In this document: positions 41,257 through 50,417 of the stretch, piece by piece
How positions within the stretch are numbered: the stretch's first letter is position 1
Layout: the number at the start of each line of letters is the position of its first letter
NCBI GenBank assembly: GCA_963759625.1
Contig: CAVXAD010000003.1
Location: 53-64,052, forward strand
Direction: 5' to 3'
DNA length: 64,000 bases
Source: an uncultured Thermoleophilaceae bacterium
GTDB lineage: Bacteria; Actinomycetota; Thermoleophilia; Solirubrobacterales; Thermoleophilaceae
Position numbers and translations under genes: made by a program
The notes under the pieces: model-generated
Database searches by the model: none
The model's input: the letters and a program-made list of their open reading frames with translations, nothing else
What the model was told of the DNA's origin: nothing

Positions 41257-42939
41257 GCGAGGGCGACCTCCCGCTCGCGCTCCTCGAACGACACCGGCTC
41301 CGGCTCGTCGGGGCTCCGGTAGGCGCCGAGGCAGGTCACCAGCACGAACGGGACGAGCCAGACCACATAGAGGTAGAACCAGTACGTCGCCACCAACTGG
41401 AGCGCGATCAGCACCGCCACCCCGAGGGCGGCCATCTGCCGCGGTCCGCGCTCGCGCGGGACGAACGCGACTCCGAGCGCCATGGCCACCACGAGCGCCT
41501 TGGCCACCGTATGCAGCCACTCCATCGAGGTGCGGTCCCAGATGCTGAACGGCGAGGGGCGGGACCCCTGGTAGCCGATGGTCCGGTCGTAGAGCTCCCT
41601 GAGCCCGCCGTCCGGAACGAACGGGATGACCGACAGCACCAGCACGGCGGCCAGCGCCAGCGCGAACACGACCGCGCGCGAGCGCCCGCGCGCCGGATAG
41701 ACGGCGAACAGCGGAGCGAGCACGATCGGCGCGAACTTGACTGCCGCGCCGGCCGCCACCGCCGCCCCCCTCGCGGCGGCGGCGAGCCGCGAGCGCGCGG
41801 GCCGGATCGTGAGCGCGAGCAGCGCCGCCACGCAGGTCAGCGCCACCAGCGCGTCGTCGGAGTTCGTCTCGAGCGCGAAGGCGGTGTAGGGATAGGCGGC
41901 CCAGGCGTAGGCCAGCGCCAACCCGAACGCTCGTCCTTCCCGCCCCGGGCGGAGCCTCGCGGCCCAGCAGTAGCAGCCCGGCCACCACCAGCAGGTCGAA
42001 CGCGATCGCGGCGCCGTGCGCGGCGGGGAGCTCGTCCCAGCGGCCGCTCCAGGGAAGCGCCTGCTCGAACGGCACGTAGGCCAGGTAGTTGAGCGGTCCG
42101 TAGGTGTCGCCGCGCTCGACGTCGCGCGAGAACCCCTCCCCGTAGAGCTGGTCGCCGTCCACCACCCGATCGGCCCCGATCACGCCCGCGTAGCCCACGT
42201 CGATCACGTTCGAGTCGACCACGTTCAGCCCGATCCGGAACGACAGGAGGAACACGAGACCCACCACCAAGAGCCAGGCCGGCGCGAGCGGAACCAACCT
42301 GCGCGGCCGCTCGCGCGGCCTCAGGCCGGCAAGCGCGGTGCGCACCAGGAGATAGAGGAGCACCGGGTACACGAGCGGCACCGAGGTCTCGATGTCGCCG
42401 CGGTTGAAGTACACGTGCGAGACGCCGAAGCCGAGGAGGACGAGCAGGTCGAGGTGCAGCAGGCGAAACGGCCGTCGTGGGTCCACGAACGGCGCGAGGA
42501 AGAGCACGCAGAGCGGCAGCCAGACGTATGGGGCGTTGAGCTTGCGGCCGAACGCCCCCTCGTAGCCGCGCGCCATCGTCCATGCGACCTGGTCGCCGGT
42601 CCACTGCTCGAGCAGGGCCCCGCTGCGGTCGTCCACCTGCACCTGCGCAAGCTGGCGGCCGTCGCGGAAGAAGCTCACCTGCCAGAGGCCCGGGCCCTTG
42701 ATGTAGGCGGTCGGCTGCAGGCGGCCGACCCGCCGCTCCTCGCGGATGACCTTCTCGCCCCGCTCCGCGAAGCCGATCACCTGCTCCGCGCTCCGGTCGA
42801 AGAAGCGCGGCGGCTCCGTCTGTGAGGCCGGCTGGCGCAGCTCGGCCGCGGTCGCCGGGGCGGCCCCGAGCAGCAGGGCGCACAGCGCCGCTGCCAGCGC
42901 CGCCCTCAGTCCCGCGACACCTCGATCGCGAAGCTCCAA
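41253..42939 (-). CDS. polytopic membrane protein (GT-C-like) with N-terminal PepSY-like extracytoplasmic module, frame broken near 41957
   Basis: Signal/anchor, then a WQVSFFRDGRQLAQVQVDDRSGALLEQW module, then TM helices. The C-terminal half (LALAYAWAAYPYTAFALETNSDD...) lies in ORF 41253..41921. Start is TTG 42939, or CTG 42909 (CTGA overlap with gtrA). 1687 nt = 3n+1. Confidence 0.5.
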
Positions 42940-43394
42940 ATCTTGTTCCCGACGAAGTTGAGCGGCATGGACACCGCGATGGCAATCGCCTGCGCGAGCA
43001 GATCCGGCATGCCGGCCACGCTCACGAGCACTTCCAGCACCGTAGCGGCCACGAGGAAAGCGCCGATGCTCACCGCGAAGAAGCGCGGCGCCTGGAAGCC
43101 GGCCCGCCCCCCGCGGGCATCGAAGGTCCAGTGCCGGTTCCACCAGAAGTTGTTGACCACGGCGACCGCGAAGGCCGCCGTCGCGGCCACGAGGTGGTGC
43201 GTGCCGAGCAGCTCCACGAACAGCGCGAAGACGCACAGGTTCACCACGTACCCCGACCCGCCGACCGCACAGAACTTCGCGAGCTGCACCCAGTTGTGCG
43301 GCTTGCTCATTCCCGCGCGCACGCGGACGTGCGCGGCGTGCGGGCGCCGCGCGACGGTCGCCTCGCCCTCGTCACTCATTCGTTCACCGTACAC
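42906..43394 (-). CDS. GtrA family membrane protein
   Basis: QLAKFCAVGGSGYVVNL, NNFWWNRHWTF, NFVGNKIWSF. Four TM helices. Confidence 0.8.
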   Translation of the reverse strand: MYGERMSDEGEATVARRPHAAHVRVRAGMSKPHNWVQLAKFCAVGGSGYVVNLCVFALFVELLGTHHLVAATAAFAVAVVNNFWWNRHWTFDARGGRAGFQAPRFFAVSIGAFLVAATVLEVLVSVAGMPDLLAQAIAIAVSMPLNFVGNKIWSFAIEVSRD

Positions 43395-44840
43395 GGAAGT
43401 GGTCGAGGACCAGGGGGGTCACGTCGGCCAGCGACCACTCGTCGCGGGCCGGCACGTCCACCCCGCAGAGCAGGAGGACCCCTTCGCGAGTCGTCGCGGT
43501 GCAGGGAGCCGTGGCTTCCGCCGCCGACGTGATCGGAGCCGCCCCAGTCCATGAACTCGAAGGAAGGCGAGGCCGAGACGAGCACGTCGCCGGCGTGCGG
43601 GCACTCGAGCGCCGACCAGAGCCGGCCCAGCGCGTCCGGGTACTCGCTGCTCGTCACGGTCCCGCCTTCCGCCTCCAGGCGCAGCGCCGCGAGCTCTCCG
43701 CGCACCGTCCAGTCCGCGCCGCGCCGGTCGGTGAGCTCCCCCTCCGGGCGGAACCAGAGGCGCCCGCGATCGGAGTGCACCGCCGCGCCCCCCTGCTCCC
43801 GGCTGATCGACGAGATCCACCCCGTCGAGCTCCTCGAGCACCTCCACCGCCCGCGGCACGAGCTCGCCGCGGCGAGACTCGTCGAGCACGTACACCATCG
43901 CCGAGCGCGCAGCGGGGCACACCGCCAGCTCCGCCTCCGTGGGCGCCGGATCGGCCGGAGTGAGCACCCGCCACGCGTCGAACGCCTCGGCGAGATTGAT
44001 CCGCGACTCCACCTTGGTCTGGGAGTGGTCCGACATCACGATCACGGCGTGCTCTTCCAGGAACGCATCCGCCCCTCCCGCCACGTGCAGAATGCGCTCG
44101 AGGGCCCGGTCGGCCTCCGCTATCGAGCGAACCTGGCCTTCCGGCCCCGCCTTGTGGGAATAGGTGTCGTTGTCGGGAAGCGAGAAGAGCATGAAGTCGA
44201 ACAGGCCGTGCTCGACCAGATACGCCCCCACGCAGCCGGTATGCCGGTCACGCTGGCCGGGCATCCCCAGCGCCGACGTGCAACCCGTGTCGCGAGAGTC
44301 GAAGAGATCCGCATAGAAGAGCTCGCGGGCGCCGTAGACCGCGTGGCGGAACTGGGCCGCCTCGGCGATCCGGCGGTAGACGCTCGCCCCCGAGGGCTCG
44401 TGACGGGTACGGCCACGGTAGATCAGCCACGTGGTGCAGGCGGTCCTCAGCCCGGCATCGTCAAGGTGCTCGAACACCGTCTTGCGGCCTCTGCTCAGGT
44501 GCGCCATGTTCATGTTGTAGACCGTGTCGAAGAGCGAGCGGACCACGCCGAACGCGCGCGTTGCCTGGAAGGACGAGCCGTACTCGATGTAGCGCTCCTC
44601 CCCGCGGTGGTACCAGTTCATCGAGGGGATGTGGTGCTCCCCCGGGCCCGCGCCGGTTGCGATCGCAGCCGAGGCCACCGGCGTCACCGACGGGAACGTG
44701 GAGACGCAGTCGCGGACATAGGTGCCCCGCTCCAGGAGCGCCGCCAAGGCCGGCGCGCGACCCTCCTCGATGGCGAGGTCGAGCATGTCCGGCTTGAGCG
44801 AGTCGATGACCGCCAGGACCAGCTTCTTCGGCTCCGCCAC
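43384..44840 (-). CDS. alkaline-phosphatase superfamily protein (nucleotide pyrophosphatase/phosphodiesterase-like), two frame breaks (~43807, ~43483)
   Basis: VLAVIDSLKPD, TFPSVTPVASAAIATG..PGEHHI, LPDNDTYSHKAG, MSDHSQ in ORF 43419..44840. It continues as ISREQGGAAVHSDRGRLWF...GGGSHGSLH in ORF 43376..43780, then GVLLLCGVDVPARDEWSLADVTPLVLDHFRVR in the third frame (stop 43384-43386). 1457 nt = 3n+2. Confidence 0.7.
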
Positions 44841-44850
44841 CAGCCGACTT

Positions 44851-45445
44851 CTAGCGCAGTATCCGCAGGCCGGCGTACTTCTCGCCCTCGCGGCGCCTGC
44901 TGCCGAGGAGCAACACGACGAAGCCGATCAGCGCTACGAAGGAGAGCGGAGGAACGAACACCGCGACGGCGGCGAGCACGAGCGCGGCGGTGTCCGCGTA
45001 CGCCGTGAGGAGCCCGGCGGCGCCGGCGTCGAGGCGGCGCCGGGCGCGCTCCAGCACGCCGCCCACCGCCACTCCCGCGAGGAGCGCGCACAGCGGCCCG
45101 GCCACGAGCCCGATGCCGGCCGCGTAGCCGCCGTCGGCCAGCGTACCGGCGAAGAGCAGCGCTCCGAGCACGGCGCCGAGGAGCAGCAGCCCGAGGGCCG
45201 CCGGCGAGCGCCCCTGGACGTCCTGCCCGGCCTCGGAGCGGTCCACCGCGTAGGACGCGAGGCCCACCGCGAGCACGGCCGCCAGGAACGCGGGCGACTC
45301 GAGGAAGCTCCAGTCGGTTCCGCTCGAAATCGATGCCCACGTCACCGCGCGCGAGGGCCCCGGCGAGAAGCGGCGGCAAAAAGGGCCTCACGCCGCTCGC
45401 GGAGGCGAGACCTGAGCCGGTGCCGATGTCGAGGAAGAGGCTCAT
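44851..45445 (-). CDS. DUF4126-like membrane protein, frame broken near 45324
   Basis: MSLFLDIGTGSGLASASGVRPFLPPLLAGALARGDVGIDF lies in one frame, then GTDWSFLESPAFLAAVLAV... in ORF 44851..45345. 595 nt = 3n+1. Confidence 0.6.
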
Positions 45446-45495
45446 GGGCAGCTCGGCAGGGCGGTACCCTGCGGGCGCATGACGATAGAGAACGG

Positions 45496-45583
45496 CATCG
45501 GGGCGCAGCCGGCCAAGCCGGTTGCTTCCGCGAAGGAGACATCGGGGCGCAGCCGGCCAAGCCGGCTGCTTCCGCAAAGGCAG
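45496..45583 (+). repeat. tandem 44-nt direct repeat, each unit containing an 8-bp hairpin
   Basis: The units start at 45496 and 45540 and are ~90% identical. Both begin CATCGGGGCGCAGCCGGCCAAGCCGG, then unit 1 reads TTGC and unit 2 reads CTGC, followed by TTCCGC. Core hairpin GCAGCCGG-CCAAG-CCGG(C/T)TGC; the single stem difference is a G-C to G-U change. Confidence 0.8.
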
Positions 45584-45614
45584 GGCACGGTCGGCCTGCG
45601 GCGAACGGGTCGGC

Positions 45615-46970
45615 GTGAGCTTCTCCCGCGACCTCGAGCGGTACGCGGGCCTCTTCGCGTCCCGCACGAAGGTCATGAAGTCGTCCGCCATGCGCGACCT
45701 GATGGCGATCACCGCCCGGCCGGAGGTGATCTCGCTCGCGGGCGGGCTTCCCGACACGAGCACCTTCCCGCCGGAGTCCTTCGCGGCCGCCACGCGCCGC
45801 ATCGCGGAGGAATCGTGCGCCCGCGCCCTCCAGTACGGCCCCACCGAGGGGCTCGACGAGACCAAGGTCTGCATCGCCGAGGCGATGGCCGCCGAGGGCA
45901 TGAGCGTGGACGGCGAGGACCTGATTGTGACCACCGGCGGCCAGCAGGTGATCGATCTCGTGACCAAGGTCCTGATCGATCCGGGGGACGTGGTCATCGC
46001 CGAGGGCCCCACCTATCCCGGCGCGGTGCCGGTGTTCTCCTCGTATGAGGCCGACGTGGTGCAGGTGGACATGGACGCCGACGGAATGCGCGTGGACCTC
46101 CTCGAGACCACGCTCGACCGGCTCGAGCGCGAGGGGCGCCGGCCGAAGTTCGTGTACACCGTCCCGAGCTTCCAGAACCCGGCCGGCGTGACGATGTCGC
46201 CGCCGCGCCGGCGCCGGCTCGTGGAGGTGGCGCGCGAGCGCGAGCTGCTCGTGCTCGAGGACAACCCTTACGGGATGCTGCGCTTCGAGGGGCCCGCACC
46301 CGAGACCCTCTACTCGCTCGACGGCGGCGTCTACGTGATGTACCTGGGCACCTTCTCGAAGACGCTCTCGCCCGGCATCCGGCTGGGCTGGGTGGCCGCT
46401 CCGGCGCCCGTGCTCGAGAAGATCAACCTCGGCAAGCAGGCTGCCGACCTGTGCACTTCCACGCTGTCGCAGCTGATGGTGCAGGCCTACTTCGAGCAAG
46501 GGCGCTGGCGCGACTACGTGGCCTCGCTGGTGGACCTCTACCGCGGGCGGCGCGACACCATGCTCGACGCCCTGGCCGAGCACTTCCCGCCGCAGGCGGA
46601 ATGGACGAGGCCGGCGGGTGGCCTCTTCGTGTGGGCGACGCTGCCCGACTTCATCGACACCACCGACCTGCTGGCCCGGGTGCTCCGCGAGAACGTGGCC
46701 TTCGTGCCCGGCGAGGCCGCCTACCTCGACGGCCGCGGCCGCAACTCGCTGCGGCTGAGCTTCTCCGCGTGCGACCACGACGAGATCCGCGAGGGCATCC
46801 GCCGCATCGGCGAGGTGGTGACCGAGCAGGTGGCGCTCTACGGGACGCTCACGGGAGAGCGGCCGCGCGTGGCCGAGCCCCCGGCCAGGGACGAGACCGG
46901 CGGTGAGGGAGCGCGCGTGCTTCCCCTCCCGTCCGCCGGGGACCGCGCGCTGCGCGCCAGGCGCACGTGA
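45615..46970 (+). CDS. PLP-dependent aminotransferase, class I/II (2-aminoadipate/aromatic aminotransferase-like)
   Basis: GTG 45615 in frame in ORF 45522..46970. LAGGLPD, YGPTEG, VPSFQNPAG, GTFSKTLSPGIRLGW (PLP Lys). Confidence 0.8.
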   Translation: MSFSRDLERYAGLFASRTKVMKSSAMRDLMAITARPEVISLAGGLPDTSTFPPESFAAATRRIAEESCARALQYGPTEGLDETKVCIAEAMAAEGMSVDGEDLIVTTGGQQVIDLVTKVLIDPGDVVIAEGPTYPGAVPVFSSYEADVVQVDMDADGMRVDLLETTLDRLEREGRRPKFVYTVPSFQNPAGVTMSPPRRRRLVEVARERELLVLEDNPYGMLRFEGPAPETLYSLDGGVYVMYLGTFSKTLSPGIRLGWVAAPAPVLEKINLGKQAADLCTSTLSQLMVQAYFEQGRWRDYVASLVDLYRGRRDTMLDALAEHFPPQAEWTRPAGGLFVWATLPDFIDTTDLLARVLRENVAFVPGEAAYLDGRGRNSLRLSFSACDHDEIREGIRRIGEVVTEQVALYGTLTGERPRVAEPPARDETGGEGARVLPLPSAGDRALRARRT

Positions 46971-47953
46971 GCCGCGTGGTGGTGCTCAAGGGCGGCCGCT
47001 CGCTCGAGCGGACCGTCTCCCTTCGCTCCGGCGCGCGCGTGGAGGACGCCCTGGTCCGGCTGGGGCACGAGGTGGTGCCCATCGACGTGTCCACCGACCT
47101 GATGCCGCGCCTGCGCGCGGCGCAGCCGGACGTGGCGTTCGTGGCGATGCACGGGCGCGACGGCGAGGACGGCACCGTCCAGGAGCTGCTCGAGATCGCC
47201 GGCGTGCCCTACACGGGGTCGGGGCCGGCGGCGTGCGCGCGCGCCACCGACAAGGTGGTGGCAAAGCACCTGTTGCTGGACGCCGGCATTCCGACGCCCC
47301 CCTTCTTCGCCTTCAGCGAGACGGCCTTCCGCGAGCTCGGCGCGGCCGACGCGCTGCCCGCCATCGAGGAGCGGCTCGACTTCCCGATCGTGGTCAAGCC
47401 CGCTAGCGGGGGCTCGGCGCTCGGCATCAAGTTCGCGCGCGGCGCCCAGGACGTGCCCGCTGCGCTCGTGGCGGCCTTCTCCTACGACTCCAAGGTGCTG
47501 CTCGAGCGCTACGTCGAGGGGCGCGACCTGGCCGTGTCGATCCTCGACGGGGAGGCGCTCCCGATCGTGGAGGCGGTGCCGCGCGACCACGCCTTCTATG
47601 ACTTCGAGGCCCGCTACGAGATCGGCCGCACCGACTTCGTCTGCCCCGCCGAGCTCCCGGCGAAGGTGACCGAGCGAGCGCACGAGCTCGCCCTCGCCAC
47701 CTACCACCTGCTGGGCTGCCGCGACTTCGGGCGTGTGGACCTGATGCTGGGCGGCGACGGAGAGCTCACCGTGCTCGAGGCGAACCCGATCCCCGGCCTC
47801 ACCAGCACGAGCCTCCTACCTCAGGCGGCCGGCGCAGCGGGCATCGGCTTCGATGCGCTGGTGGCGCGGATCCTGGAGCTGGCGCGCGGAGCCGGCGACC
47901 GCCGCGCGACCCGCGCTAGCGCGCGGCCGGCCGGCCGCGCAGCGATGCCTTAA
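46967..47953 (+). CDS. ddl: D-alanine--D-alanine ligase
   Basis: GGRSLERTVSLRSG, MHGRDGEDGTVQELLE, ATP-grasp VVKPA.GGS, EANPIPGLT. GTGA overlap with the upstream stop. Confidence 0.9.
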   Translation: MSRVVVLKGGRSLERTVSLRSGARVEDALVRLGHEVVPIDVSTDLMPRLRAAQPDVAFVAMHGRDGEDGTVQELLEIAGVPYTGSGPAACARATDKVVAKHLLLDAGIPTPPFFAFSETAFRELGAADALPAIEERLDFPIVVKPASGGSALGIKFARGAQDVPAALVAAFSYDSKVLLERYVEGRDLAVSILDGEALPIVEAVPRDHAFYDFEARYEIGRTDFVCPAELPAKVTERAHELALATYHLLGCRDFGRVDLMLGGDGELTVLEANPIPGLTSTSLLPQAAGAAGIGFDALVARILELARGAGDRRATRASARPAGRAAMP

Positions 47954-48438
47954 TCGTCGCTCGCGAAGTCCTCCGGGGTCACGTTGTCGAGGAAGTCCTT
48001 GAACTTCTCGACGACCTCCTCGGTGTCCTCGACCTCGTGCTCGAACTCGATCGCGGACTCGGTGATCACGTCCTCGGCGGCAAAGATCGGCGCGCCGGTG
48101 CGGACCGCGAGGGCCAGGGCATCGGAGGGGCGCGAGTCGATCGGGATCTCGCGGCCGTTCAACTGGAGCGTGACCTCCGCGTAGAAGGTGTTCTCACGCA
48201 GCTCCGTGACGGCCACCCGGGTGCAGGTGACCTCCAGCTCCGAGAGCACCTCGCTGATCAGGTCGTGCGTCATCGGCCGCGGCGTGTTGGCGCCCTGGAG
48301 CTTCATCAGGATCGCGGCTGCCTCGGGGTGCCCGATCCAGATCGGGAGGAACTTGTTGCCGTCGCGCGTCTTCAGGAGCACGATCGGCTGCTTGCCGACC
48401 ATGTCGAAGCTCACGCCGTAGATAACCATCTCCTGCAT
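47950..48438 (-). CDS. bifunctional nuclease family protein (BFN/DUF151)
   Basis: QPIVLLKTRDGNKFLPIWIG..EA.AI, RPMTHDL, IDSRPSDALALAVR. Acidic tail. Confidence 0.8.
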   Translation of the reverse strand: MQEMVIYGVSFDMVGKQPIVLLKTRDGNKFLPIWIGHPEAAAILMKLQGANTPRPMTHDLISEVLSELEVTCTRVAVTELRENTFYAEVTLQLNGREIPIDSRPSDALALAVRTGAPIFAAEDVITESAIEFEHEVEDTEEVVEKFKDFLDNVTPEDFASDD

Positions 48439-48501
48439 GCCCTCGGGACAGTCTAGACGCGCTGGGAAGCGGGGGCGAAAGCTCTCAGAGGGAAGTCGCG
48501 A

Positions 48502-48575
48502 TGGGCGATCCTGGACTCGAACCAGGGACCTCGTCCTTATCAGAGACGCGCTCTAACCGGCTGAGCTAATCGCCC
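48502..48575 (-). tRNA. tRNA-Ile (anticodon GAT)
   Basis: Acceptor GGGCGAT/ATCGCCC, D-arm GCTC..GAGC, anticodon loop CT-GAT-AA, T-arm CCTGG-TTCGAGT-CCAGG, discriminator A. Confidence 0.85.
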
Positions 48576-48621
48576 GCGGGCGCCGATTGTAGCGGCGCCT
48601 CGGCGGCCGCCGAGGCCGCTC

Positions 48622-49569
48622 TCAGGCGCCCCGGCCGAGGGTCCGCCGCGCGAACTCGATTGCGTCCGCTGGGGCGGCGAAGGCCAGTTCCACGACGCAG
48701 CCCTCGCCGCGCCGGCGCACCTTGACGTCGCGCCCGAAGGCGGCCGCGAGCGCGTCCTCGGCGGCCGCCAGGCCCTCGGCGAGGTCCGGGTGCACGACCA
48801 CCGGCTTCCGCTCCGGGCGTGGCGGGACGCCCGCCTGCTCGCGCGCGCGCCGCTCGGCCTCCCGGACCGACCAGCCCTCGTCGCGAGCCGACCGGGCCAG
48901 GTCGCGGCGGCGGCCGTGGTCCTTGCAGATCAGGATCGCGCGGCCATGCCCTTCGGTGAGCTCGCCCGCCTCGATCATCTCGAGCACGTCCTCCGGCAGG
49001 GAGAGGAGGCGAATGAGGTTCGAGATGGCCACGCGGCTGCGGCCGACGCGGCGGCCGACCTCCTCCTTCGTGAGCCCGAGGTCCTCGACGAGCATCGCGC
49101 AGGCGCGCGCCTCCTCGACCGGGTTGAGGTCCACCCGCGACATGTTCTCGGCGAGCGCGAGGTCGAGCCCCTCCCAGTCCTCCGTGTGCCTGACCACGGC
49201 CGGGATCAGGCCGAGCTCGGCAATGCGCGCGGCGCGGAGGCGGCGCTCGCCCGCGACGAGCTGATACCTGCCGCCGGCGAGCGGCCGGACCACAACCGGC
49301 TGGAGGACGCCGCGAGTGCGCATCGACTCGGCCAGCTCCTCGAGCGAGCTCTCGTCGAACGTGTGTCGCGGCTGGTGAGGATTGGGCTCGACCAGCTCGA
49401 GGGGAATCTGGCGGAGGCCCTCGCCGCCGTCCTGCCCGCGCGGGAGTATGGCCGCCAGGCCGCGCCCCATCCCACGGCGCTGAGTCGAGCGGACGGTCGG
49501 CTCGCCCCCGTCCTGGCCGGGTTCCGGTACGTCGATTCCGGGCCAGTCGGGCGACGGGCGCTCAGCCAC
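48622..49569 (-). CDS. parB: chromosome partitioning protein ParB/Spo0J
   Basis: GRGLAAIL, NPHQPR, GVLQPVVVR, GERRLRAA, HTH SRVAISNLIRLL. GTG 49569 overlaps the parA 3' end by 8 nt. Confidence 0.9.
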   Translation of the reverse strand: MAERPSPDWPGIDVPEPGQDGGEPTVRSTQRRGMGRGLAAILPRGQDGGEGLRQIPLELVEPNPHQPRHTFDESSLEELAESMRTRGVLQPVVVRPLAGGRYQLVAGERRLRAARIAELGLIPAVVRHTEDWEGLDLALAENMSRVDLNPVEEARACAMLVEDLGLTKEEVGRRVGRSRVAISNLIRLLSLPEDVLEMIEAGELTEGHGRAILICKDHGRRRDLARSARDEGWSVREAERRAREQAGVPPRPERKPVVVHPDLAEGLAAAEDALAAAFGRDVKVRRRGEGCVVELAFAAPADAIEFARRTLGRGA

Positions 49570-50320
49570 GCGCGGCGAACTCCTTCGCCAGCCGCAGGTA
49601 CGCGGCCGAGCCGGCACTGTGCGGAGCGTGCTGGAGGACGGGGATGCCGAAGCTGGGGGCTTCGCCCAAGCGGATGTTGCGCGGAATGACGGTGTCGAAG
49701 ACGAGCTCGGGGAAGTGCTCGCGGACCTCGCGCTCTACGTCGCGCGCCAGCCGCGTCCGCCCGTCGTGCATCGTGAGGATCATCCCCGAGACGGTGAGCC
49801 GCGGGTTGAGCTCGCGCTGGATCAGCCCGAGCGTGTCGAGCAGGCCGGCCAGGCCCTCGAGGGCGAAATACTCGGTCTGGACCGGCACGATCACGCTGTC
49901 CGCGGCGACGAGCGCGTTCACCGTGAGCGGCCCGAGCGACGGCGGGCAGTCCAGCAGGGTGAGCAGGTAGCGCTGCCTGACCTCGCCCAGCCGGTCCCGG
50001 AGGCACGTCTCCGACCCCGCGATCCGGGGAAGCTCCACGTTCGCGCCCGCAAGCTCCGGCGTGGAGGGCACCACGTCGAGCCGCTCGAGCCCCCCGGGGC
50101 GGGCGGCGGCGTCGAGCATCACCTCCCCCGCGAGGCAGTCGTAGACGTTGGGGGTGCTGTCCTTCGGCAGGCCCAGCGCGACCGTGGCGTTGCACTGCGG
50201 ATCCATGTCCACCAGGAGCGTTGGATAGCCCGCATCGGCCACGCTCGCGCCGAGGTTCACCGCGGTGGTGGTCTTGCCGACTCCACCCTTCTGGTTGGCG
50301 ATGGCCACCACGTTGCCCAT
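49562..50320 (-). CDS. parA: chromosome partitioning ATPase ParA/Soj
   Basis: Deviant Walker A NQKGGVGKTTTA, DMDPQ, LLDCPPSLG. Confidence 0.95.
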   Translation of the reverse strand: MGNVVAIANQKGGVGKTTTAVNLGASVADAGYPTLLVDMDPQCNATVALGLPKDSTPNVYDCLAGEVMLDAAARPGGLERLDVVPSTPELAGANVELPRIAGSETCLRDRLGEVRQRYLLTLLDCPPSLGPLTVNALVAADSVIVPVQTEYFALEGLAGLLDTLGLIQRELNPRLTVSGMILTMHDGRTRLARDVEREVREHFPELVFDTVIPRNIRLGEAPSFGIPVLQHAPHSAGSAAYLRLAKEFAARG

Positions 50321-50372
50321 GTGCGAGCGAGACTAGGTCCCGGCCCGGTCGGAAGCCGCTCGGAGGGTGGTC

Positions 50373-50417
50373 GTTCGGGGGCGAACGAACAGCCCCGGGG
50401 TGATGGTTCGGGGGCGA
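50373..50417. repeat. two copies of GTTCGGGGGCGA plus small hairpin in the rsmG-parA spacer
   Basis: Copies at 50373-50384 and 50406-50417. CGTTCG-GGGG-CGAACG hairpin at 50372-50387. CCCCGGGG palindrome at 50393-50400. Confidence 0.6.

Noticed and set aside
40033-43236. 1067-aa minus-strand ORF
   Set aside because: It is a fusion of out-of-frame gtrA sequence, the N-terminal half of the PepSY-fronted GT-C gene, a junk stretch (the shifted C-terminal half) and the separate DUF2029-like gene, which has its own TTG start at 41256.
45496-45583. CRISPR array
   Set aside because: There are only two directly abutting units with no spacers, and no cas genes in the window.
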